DNA of 64,000 nucleotides from Gammaproteobacteria bacterium (GTDB lineage Bacteria; Pseudomonadota; Gammaproteobacteria; Natronospirales; REEB76): NCBI GenBank assembly GCA_036271575.1, contig DATBAJ010000035.1, positions 8,618 to 72,617 of the forward strand, read 5' to 3'. Shown piece by piece: positions 57,417 to 64,000 of this stretch (position 1 is its first letter; each line of letters starts with the position of its first letter). The notes under the pieces were generated by a model. It saw only the letters and a program-made list of their open reading frames with translations, ran no database searches and was not told where the DNA came from. The position numbers and the translations under genes were made by a program.

Positions 57417-60215
57417 ATGAAACGTCTCCTGCTGCTCCTGTCCCTGGTCTTCGCTCTCGCCGCCACGGATGGGGCCTATAGCGCCGACAGCCAGCAGGCC
57501 TGGGATGCGACCCTCGCCAAGGTCTCGCCCTCGGTGGTCTCCATCCGGGTGGATGCGCCGCGCGCCTTCGACACGGAGTGGAACCTGACCGGTCAGGCCA
57601 CCGGTTTCGTGGTGGATGCGGAACACGGGATCATCCTCACCAACCGGCACGTGGTGACACCGGGGCCGGTGGTGGCGGAAGCGGTGTTCCAGGACCACGA
57701 GGTGGTGACGCTGAAACAGCTCTACCACGACCCGGTGCATGACTTCGGCCTCTACCAGTACGACCCTGCCGCGCTCAAGTACATCCATCCGGTGTCACTG
57801 AAACTCGCGCCGGACCAAGCCAAGGTGGGGACGGACATCCGCATCATCGGCAACGACGCCGGCGAACAGTTGTCGATCCTGTCCGGCACCCTGGCGCGCA
57901 TCGATCGCGATGCGCCGACCTACGGCGCCGGCGGCTACAACGACTTCAATACCTTCTACTTCCAGGCGGTCTCCGGTTCCACCGGTGGCTCCTCGGGTTC
58001 ACCGGTGATCAACATCGACGGCGATGTGATCGCGCTGAATGCCGGGGCACGCAATGACGCCGCCTCCAGTTACTTCCTGCCGCTGGACCGGGTGGTACCG
58101 GCACTGGCGCTGGTGGAAGCCGGTAAGCCGGTGAGCCGCGGCACCATCCAGGCGGTGTTCCAGCACCAGTATTACGACGAACTGGAGCGCCTCGGCCTCG
58201 CAGCGGACACGGAAGCGCAATTGCGCAAGCAGTATCCCGACGCCACGGGCCTCCTGGTGGTGGACCAGGTGATGCCGGACGGCCCCTCGGACCTGTTCCT
58301 GCAACCGGGGGATGTGCTGCTCAGGGTGGACGGCAAACCGATCTCCACTTTCACGCCGCTGGACGATCTCATGGACCGGTCCGTGGGCAAGTCCCTGGAT
58401 TTCGACATCGTGCGCGGCGGCAAGCCCATGACCTTCAGCATCAAGGTGCAGGACCTGGGCATGCTTAGTCCCGAGTCCTACCTGGAGTTCGGCGGTTCCA
58501 CCCTGAACGATCTGTCACTCCAGGCAGCCCGCGGCTACAACGTCGCGGTGCACGGAGTGTACGTGGCCAATCCCGGGTATGTGTTCGGCACCGGCGGCGT
58601 CGCCCGGGCCGCGGTGATCACCGAGCTGGAAGGCCATCCGGTGGCGAACCTGGACGATTTCCAGAAGACGCTCGCGACCTTGCCGGACGGCGCCCATGCG
58701 CGACTGCGTTACTTCAATCTCTCCAACAAGAAACAGACGGTGCTGGGTCTCATCACCGTGGATCGGCGCTGGTTCCCGGCGGACCGGTGTACCCATGACC
58801 CGGCGACGGGCGAGTGGCCCTGCGTGGACCTGGCTCCGCCGCCCGTGCCGGTGGCGCAGCAGCCTGCCACGGTGGGTTACCCGCAGTACAACGATGCGGC
58901 CATGAACAGACTCGCGCCCTCGCTGGTATATGTGAAGTTCGACATGCCCTATGCGGTGGACGGCATCGGCGAGACCCACTACGTCGGCGCCGGCGTGGTG
59001 GTGGACGCGGCGAAAGGCCTCGTGGTCGTGGACCGGGATACGGTGCCGATCTCCATGGGCGACGTGCGGATCACCTTCGCCAGCTCGCTGGAAGTGCCGG
59101 GCAAGGTCGTCTACGTGAACCCGCTGCATGACCTGGCGATGATCCAATACGATCCCAAACTCATCGGCAAGACGCCGGTGAAAGCGGTGAACTTCGCGGC
59201 CACCCAGCTCAGGTCCGGCGACAGCGTGAAGATCGTCGGCTACCAGCCGGACGGCAACCTCAGCAGTCTCGAGACCCGCGTGGCTTCGGAGGACCCGGTA
59301 GTGTTCCCACTGTCGCGCACCCTGCGCTTCCGCGACACCAACCTGGAAGTGCTGAGCCTGGTCAACGCGCCGGACAACATGACCGGCGTGATGCTCGATA
59401 AGTCCGGGCGTGTGGCGGCCCTGTGGGTGAGCTTCGTATACGACGACGGCAGCCATTCCCAGGAAGTGCAGCGCGGCATCCCGGCGGAGGTGGTGCAGGA
59501 CATGGTGCACCGCGTCGAGACCGGCGGCGAGTTGCGCAGCCTGGACGCCGAACTCTATCCCATGCCCATGGCCCAGGCCCGCAAGCTCGGCCTGCCGGAT
59601 GACTGGGCAGCGAAGCTCGGTAAGGTGTCACCTGAGAAGCGGGAAGTCCTGGCGGTGGCCCGTCTCACCGCTGACACGCCTGCGCAGCAACTGCTGCAGA
59701 CCGGCGACATGCTGCTGGCGGTGGATGGGAAGCCGGTGGCCACGTTCTGGCAGGTGGAGAAGGCCAGCACCCAGAAGGATCTGGACTTGACGATCCTGCG
59801 CGATGGGGCGGTGAAGGACATCAAGACTTCCACGGTGGCACTGCCCAGCGACGGCACCGAACGCATCCTGCTATGGGCCGGCGCACTGCTGCAAAAACCG
59901 CACCATGCGGCCGCGGCACAGCGCCAAGTACCGAGTGAGGGCCTGTTGGTGGGGTTCTACAATTTCGGCTCGCCGGCCAGCCGTTACGGACTGGTGGCCG
60001 GTTGGCGCATCGTCGGCGTGAACGGCGTCGCCACGCCGGACATGGACAGCTTCATCAAGGCGGTCCAGGACCTGAAGGACCGGGACAATGTGCGTCTCGC
60101 GGTGCGCAACTTGGAAGGCACGGGCCAGGTGATCACCCTGAAGCTCGACCAGAAGTACTGGCCGACCTACGAAGTGACGCGTACCGATGAGGGCTGGCAG
60201 CGCAAGGCGCTGTGA
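57417..60215 (+). CDS. Nma111-like tandem HtrA-type serine protease with PDZ domains (secreted)
   Basis: 932 aa with signal peptide MKRLLLLLSLVFALAATDGAYSA. The first half has the full triad: ILTNRHVV (His), DPVHDFGL (Asp) and GGSSGSPV (Ser). The second half repeats the fold, but the His and Ser contexts are lost (VVVDRDTV, NMTGVMLD). Confidence 0.85.
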   Translation: MKRLLLLLSLVFALAATDGAYSADSQQAWDATLAKVSPSVVSIRVDAPRAFDTEWNLTGQATGFVVDAEHGIILTNRHVVTPGPVVAEAVFQDHEVVTLKQLYHDPVHDFGLYQYDPAALKYIHPVSLKLAPDQAKVGTDIRIIGNDAGEQLSILSGTLARIDRDAPTYGAGGYNDFNTFYFQAVSGSTGGSSGSPVINIDGDVIALNAGARNDAASSYFLPLDRVVPALALVEAGKPVSRGTIQAVFQHQYYDELERLGLAADTEAQLRKQYPDATGLLVVDQVMPDGPSDLFLQPGDVLLRVDGKPISTFTPLDDLMDRSVGKSLDFDIVRGGKPMTFSIKVQDLGMLSPESYLEFGGSTLNDLSLQAARGYNVAVHGVYVANPGYVFGTGGVARAAVITELEGHPVANLDDFQKTLATLPDGAHARLRYFNLSNKKQTVLGLITVDRRWFPADRCTHDPATGEWPCVDLAPPPVPVAQQPATVGYPQYNDAAMNRLAPSLVYVKFDMPYAVDGIGETHYVGAGVVVDAAKGLVVVDRDTVPISMGDVRITFASSLEVPGKVVYVNPLHDLAMIQYDPKLIGKTPVKAVNFAATQLRSGDSVKIVGYQPDGNLSSLETRVASEDPVVFPLSRTLRFRDTNLEVLSLVNAPDNMTGVMLDKSGRVAALWVSFVYDDGSHSQEVQRGIPAEVVQDMVHRVETGGELRSLDAELYPMPMAQARKLGLPDDWAAKLGKVSPEKREVLAVARLTADTPAQQLLQTGDMLLAVDGKPVATFWQVEKASTQKDLDLTILRDGAVKDIKTSTVALPSDGTERILLWAGALLQKPHHAAAAQRQVPSEGLLVGFYNFGSPASRYGLVAGWRIVGVNGVATPDMDSFIKAVQDLKDRDNVRLAVRNLEGTGQVITLKLDQKYWPTYEVTRTDEGWQRKAL

Positions 60216-60217
60216 AA

Positions 60218-60250
60218 TGAAAAGCCCGGCTCTCGCCGGGCTTTTTTTTA
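60218..60250. terminator. Strong bidirectional Rho-independent terminator
   Basis: The sequence is TGAAAAGCCCGGC-tctc-GCCGGGCTTTTTTTTA. It lies between the convergent protease and GT4 genes. Confidence 0.85.
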
Positions 60251-60263
60251 CAGTGCTCGGGCT

Positions 60264-61301
60264 CTAAGCTGCTGCGCGCTCGCCCTGCGGTTCGGAGGCC
60301 TCCCGCGCCGGCACCATGTTGCGCAGGAACTCCTCGGCGGCGCCCTTCCAGCTGAACTTCTCCGCATAGGCGCGGCACTTCTTGCCGTCCAGCTCGAGGC
60401 AGGCGATAGCGGCCGTCTCCAGGTCTTCGTTGCAGAAGCCGGTGACGCCCTGGGTGACTACGTCCACCGGGCCGGTGACGGGGTAGGCGGCCACCGGTAC
60501 ACCGCAGGCCATGGCCTCCAGCAGCACCAGGCCGAAAGTATCGGTGCGGCTCGGGAATACGAACACATCCGCGGCCGCGAGCGTCTTGGCAAGTTCCTCG
60601 CCGCGGCGGAAGCCGGTGAAGATCACCTTGGGATATCTCTTCTTCAGCGTCTCCAGGTCGGGACCGTCGCCTACCACGTACATGGAACCGGGCAGTTCCA
60701 GCCTGAGGAAGGCTTCGATGTTCTTCTCCACGGCGACGCGACCGAGATACATGAAGATCGGCCGCTTGTCTTTGAGGAAGCCCTTGTCGCGGATGCGGAA
60801 CAATTCCGTATCCACGCCCTTGCCCCAATGCACCAGGTTCTTGAACCCGCGGTCCTCCAGTTCCTGCATGAGCGAGGGCGTGGAGACCATGAGCCGGCTC
60901 GCCGGAGCGTGGAAGTTGCGGATCCAGGCGTAGCCCACGGAGAGCGGGATCGGTGCCCGGGCGCGGATGTATTCCGGGAACTTGGTGTGGTAGCAGGTGG
61001 TGAAGTGCAGGCCGCGTTTCATGCAGTAGCGGCGCGCGGCGGCGCCCAGGGGGCCTTCCGTGGAGATGTGGATGGCATCCGGCTGCACCCGGTCCAGCCA
61101 CTGGTTCACCTTGCGCTGCGGGAACAGGGCCAGGCGGATGCTGCTGTAGCCCGGCATGGGGATGGTGCTGAAGCCGTCTGCATGGGAGAGTACCTGGGTC
61201 TCATGCCCCAGACCCTTCAACTCCTCCACGATCTTATGCATGGTGGTGACGACGCCGTTCACCTCGGGGAGCCAGGTGTCGATGACGACTGCGATCTTCA
61301 T
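60264..61301 (-). CDS. GT4-family (GT-B) glycosyltransferase, Agt-like candidate glycolipid synthase
   Basis: 345 aa. The N-terminus is MKIAVVIDTWLPEVNGVVTTMHKIVEELKGLGHE. The C-terminal motif is PSRTDTFGLVLLEAMACGVPV (an EX7E-type motif). The start overlaps the stop of the upstream metallophosphoesterase (ATGA). Confidence 0.8.
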   Translation of the reverse strand: MKIAVVIDTWLPEVNGVVTTMHKIVEELKGLGHETQVLSHADGFSTIPMPGYSSIRLALFPQRKVNQWLDRVQPDAIHISTEGPLGAAARRYCMKRGLHFTTCYHTKFPEYIRARAPIPLSVGYAWIRNFHAPASRLMVSTPSLMQELEDRGFKNLVHWGKGVDTELFRIRDKGFLKDKRPIFMYLGRVAVEKNIEAFLRLELPGSMYVVGDGPDLETLKKRYPKVIFTGFRRGEELAKTLAAADVFVFPSRTDTFGLVLLEAMACGVPVAAYPVTGPVDVVTQGVTGFCNEDLETAAIACLELDGKKCRAYAEKFSWKGAAEEFLRNMVPAREASEPQGERAAA

Positions 61302-62113
61302 GCGGGCACCGCCGTGGTGGTACGGCGCGGGGCCGCGGGTTTTGCATCGCGGGCGGCGATGTGTTCCGCCCAGTTGAGGATCTCGAGTGTGCCGTCGTGG
61401 CGCTCGATGAGGGCGGTGCAGGATTCCACCCAGTCACCGTCGTTGCAATACAGCACGCCCTGGCGTTTGGCGATCTCGGCGTGGTGGATGTGGCCGCAGA
61501 CCACGCCGTCCGCGCCGCGTTTCAGGGTCTCGCGGGCCACGGCTTCCTCGTAGTCGCCGATGAACTGCACGGCGCTCTTGGCCTTGTGCTTGAGGTAAGC
61601 CGCCAGGGACCAGTAGGGGAAGCCCAGTTTGCGGCGGATCACGTTGACCCAGCGGTTGCAGTACAGTAGCCAGTCATAGACCCGGCTGCCCAGCTTGGCC
61701 AGCCACTTGCTCACCTGCATGACGCTGTCGAACTCATCGCCGTGCAGCACCAGGAGGCGCTTGCCGTCGGCGGTGACGTGGATGGCATCCTTCTGGATGG
61801 AGACGTTGCCGAACTCCATGCCGACGTAGTCGCGGAAGACTTCATCGTGGTTGCCGGGGATATAGATGACCTTGGAGTCGTGTTTGGCCTTGCCCAGGAT
61901 GGTGCGCACGACGTTGTTGTGTTCCTGGGGCCAGAACATGCGGTTCTTCATCTCCCACACGTCGATGATGTCGCCCACCAGGTAGAGATATTCACATTCG
62001 GTATTGCGGAGGAAATCGAGGAGGAAGTCGGCGCGGCAGCCACGGAAGCCAAGGTGGACGTCGGATATGAAGATGCTGCGGTAACGCAGCGGCTTCATGT
62101 GATGCACGGCCAT
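61298..62113 (-). CDS. LpxH-paralogous calcineurin-like metallophosphoesterase, PlcP-like candidate phospholipase C
   Basis: I chose the start at MAVHHMKPLRYRS (ATG 62113), which is preceded by AAGGAGGA. The ORF-track GTG at 62137 would include that RBS. The motifs FISDVHLG, GDIIDVWE, GNHDE, HGDEFD and GHIH are present. Confidence 0.75.
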   Translation of the reverse strand: MAVHHMKPLRYRSIFISDVHLGFRGCRADFLLDFLRNTECEYLYLVGDIIDVWEMKNRMFWPQEHNNVVRTILGKAKHDSKVIYIPGNHDEVFRDYVGMEFGNVSIQKDAIHVTADGKRLLVLHGDEFDSVMQVSKWLAKLGSRVYDWLLYCNRWVNVIRRKLGFPYWSLAAYLKHKAKSAVQFIGDYEEAVARETLKRGADGVVCGHIHHAEIAKRQGVLYCNDGDWVESCTALIERHDGTLEILNWAEHIAARDAKPAAPRRTTTAVPA

Positions 62114-62182
62114 AATTTCGTCCTCCTTTACTTTCACTTGCGCAGTATTCTGCAGGCGGAGGATTAAGAGCGTGTGTAAGGC

Positions 62183-62202
62183 GTGTTACTCCTTTGTTAC
62201 AA
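62183..62202 (-). promoter_or_regulatory. Weak candidate Pho box upstream of the metallophosphoesterase-GT4 pair
   Basis: The minus strand reads TTGTAACAAAGGAGTAACAC. The hexamer GTAACA is repeated with an 11-bp period. It only partly matches CTGTCAT-N4-CTGTCAT. Confidence 0.25.
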
Positions 62203-62498
62203 CAGAGCAGGGTGCGGGGAGGCCTGTAGCCGCCCTGAAACGGGCCTGTCACCGGGATTTAACCAGGCAGGCCTAGGATGCGGCCCATGCTGGCCCGACT
62301 TCTGCCACAGCCGATCCGCACCGAGGACAGCCCTGAACGGCCCCGTCAGGCTGCGGTGCTGCCTTTCAGCCGACCCAAGTCGGCTGCTCCGCGGGTCGAT
62401 TGGTACGCGAAGTATCCCTGCACCCGTATGCATGGGGCGGCTTTTGAAGCCGGGTTCTATCCGGCTGAAGATACGTTCTAGACCTTAGCAAGGCCCCT

Positions 62499-62753
62499 AT
62501 GGATTCCCTGTCGCTCGACTATCGTCTAGGTCATGACGTCTACCGCATCTCGGTGACCGTCGTCATCGACGCCACCTTGGGCAGGCGCATGTATCGTCCC
62601 GAGGTGGTGATCGAGAAGAACGTGTCGGAGATGGATGCGGAAGACGTGCAGCGGCTGAAGGTGAGCCAGCTCTTCAGCAGCGAGGAGAAAGCCCAGCGTT
62701 TTGCCCTGGGCTATGCCAAGAAGCTCATCGAGTCGCCGGGCGCCGTGAACTGA
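62499..62753 (+). CDS. Small hypothetical protein (84 aa)
   Basis: The ORF has an ATG start and high GC3. It is convergent with sixA, with only 4 nt between the stops. I recognise no motif. Confidence 0.5.
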   Translation: MDSLSLDYRLGHDVYRISVTVVIDATLGRRMYRPEVVIEKNVSEMDAEDVQRLKVSQLFSSEEKAQRFALGYAKKLIESPGAVN

Positions 62754-62757
62754 CCCA

Positions 62758-63270
62758 TCAGCGGCCGGGGGCCAAGCCGCGCAATTGCTTCGGGCCCATG
62801 TGCCAGGCGATGCACGCCTCGCCCGCCATGGCGGTGTCAGGCATATCCAGGCAGCAGGCGCTGCCTTTCTTCATCAACACCAGGCTCCGTGGCTCGCCGC
62901 TCACCATGTAGCCGATCCACTGGCTAAGATCCGGTTCGTGACCGATCACGGCCACCGTACCCTTGTGGCGCATCGCCCATTGCAACAGAGCCGCATGGTA
63001 CACGCCGGGTGCGAGACCCGGATGGGTAATCCGCTTCGCACCGGGGAAAGCTTCGGCGAGGATATCCGCGGTCTGCACTGCGCGGACGAGCGGACTGGTC
63101 GCCAGTAGGTCGATGTGCTCGATCAGTGTCGTAAGACCGCGGGCAGCTTCGTGCATCTTGCGCCGGCCTTCCCGGGTCAACTCACGTTCTTTTTCGCCGC
63201 GTCCCTCGCGCGCGGCCTCCGCCGGCTCTTCGGCTTGTGCATGCCGCACCACCAGCACCCTGCGGTTCAT
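62758..63270 (-). CDS. sixA: SixA-like phosphohistidine phosphatase (histidine phosphatase superfamily)
   Basis: Trimmed to MNRRVLVVRHAQAEE, an RHx catalytic motif, giving 170 aa. The sequences SPLVRAVQTADIL and VIGHEPDLSQ are present. The start overlaps the stop of the upstream gene (ATGA). Confidence 0.72.
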   Translation of the reverse strand: MNRRVLVVRHAQAEEPAEAAREGRGEKERELTREGRRKMHEAARGLTTLIEHIDLLATSPLVRAVQTADILAEAFPGAKRITHPGLAPGVYHAALLQWAMRHKGTVAVIGHEPDLSQWIGYMVSGEPRSLVLMKKGSACCLDMPDTAMAGEACIAWHMGPKQLRGLAPGR

Positions 63271-64000
63271 TCGTTGAGGGCCCGTGACAGGCTTTCGATG
63301 GAGGTGATGGGCAGGGAGCAGCTGGTGCCGCGGCAGACGTAGGCACAAGCGGGGCCGCGTGGCGTGCAGCGTGCCAGCAGGCCCGGCAGATTGCGCGCCT
63401 GTTCGGGGATGCACAGCACCAGGCGGCGTGGATCGTACTGGCTAGCCAGTTCCGCGCGCCACTCGGCCAGCGCTTCGTGGTCACCGCGCAGCACTACCAG
63501 GGTGGGCGGTTGCAGCATCACGGTCAGAGCCAGCAGCATGCCGGCGTGGGATTCGGGATATTCATCCATGACGCCGGAGGCGGCCTTGAGGGCGCGTTCG
63601 CCGGCATCGATGTAGGCGGGGTCAGCGCTGAGATGCCCCATCTCGATGAGAGCGCGGGCCGCCACCGCATTGCCGGAAGGCATGGATTCGTCGCTGAAAC
63701 CCTTGGGCCGGTGCAGGGGAGTCGCCTGGTCGGCGGCTGTGAACCAGAAGCCACCGCGCTCCCCGTCCTCGAAGTGCTCCAGCATGGCATCCGCTATCTC
63801 CCGCGCCCAGGCGAACCACACCCCATCCCAGCGGGATTGCAGCAGCTCCAGCAGACCGGCTAACAGGAAAGCATGATCATCCAGGAACGCAGGTATCTTG
63901 GCCTGGCCGCCGCGCCAACTGGCATAGAGTCGGCCGTCCCGCCATAGATGTTTGTGGATGAAACCGGCGGCGCGCTCGGCGGAATCCACATAGGCCGGCC
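63267..64000 (-). CDS. Thioredoxin-domain/DUF255 protein (YyaL / SPATA20-like), C-terminal part only
   Basis: The frame is open to the right-hand window edge. The sequence DDHAFLLAGLLELLQ...GGFWFTA...SMPSGNAVAARALIEMG is the (alpha/alpha)6 N-acylglucosamine-epimerase-like C-terminal domain of YyaL-type proteins. The 5' end lies outside the window. Confidence 0.8.
   Translation of the reverse strand, partial: PAYVDSAERAAGFIHKHLWRDGRLYASWRGGQAKIPAFLDDHAFLLAGLLELLQSRWDGVWFAWAREIADAMLEHFEDGERGGFWFTAADQATPLHRPKGFSDESMPSGNAVAARALIEMGHLSADPAYIDAGERALKAASGVMDEYPESHAGMLLALTVMLQPPTLVVLRGDHEALAEWRAELASQYDPRRLVLCIPEQARNLPGLLARCTPRGPACAYVCRGTSCSLPITSIESLSRALNE

Overview
This is a 64-kb, high-GC (about mid-60s % by eye), densely coding chromosomal segment of a proteobacterium. 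The gene order looks gammaproteobacterial: bamD<>rluD-pgeF, aspS-nudB and pilS-pilR-pilA. I can support about 57 protein-coding genes. I saw no rRNA, tRNA, CRISPR array, transposase or integrase. Content runs as follows. (1) A type IV pilin locus: pilS-pilR, a sigma54 promoter, pilA, then two tandem TMTC/DUF1736-like GT-C+TPR membrane proteins. (2) Housekeeping genes: sucCD, nadE, bamD, rluD, pgeF, an ABC-F ATPase, a ZIP transporter, and clpB with a textbook sigma32 promoter. (3) An accessory-looking block at about 19.7-29.4 kb: an AcpA/PLC-type phosphoesterase, orphan secreted proteins, two LysE exporters, a WYL regulator, cupins and a GGDEF cyclase. (4) A divergent argR plus a tightly coupled arginine operon, argD-argF'-argB-argH-argG-X-argC. 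(5) An Atm1-like ABC exporter with an SDR, fmdB-DUF502-aspS-nudB-nadA, and a GT1-GT1-DUF885 operon. (6) gcvTHP, tpx, dgkA, a PfkB kinase, an Nma111-like tandem HtrA protease, a PlcP-like/GT4 pair, sixA and the end of a yyaL-like gene. The best leads are these. First, gene X (35586-36641) is an uncharacterised protein with a dethiobiotin-synthetase-like P-loop, translationally coupled on both sides inside the arg operon, which lacks argA/argJ/argE. The adjacent ArgF' carries Pro at the specificity position that I recall marks N-succinylornithine rather than N-acetylornithine carbamoyltransferases. Second, two paralogous TMTC-like GT-C/TPR proteins lie downstream of pilA and are candidate pilin glycosyltransferases. 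Third, a hairpin-dense 310-nt leader ends in an intrinsic terminator directly before gcvT, but I could find no glycine-riboswitch core motifs in it. Fourth, several long structured intergenic repeat elements are present. All functional calls come from reading the translations and motifs by eye. No database search was possible.
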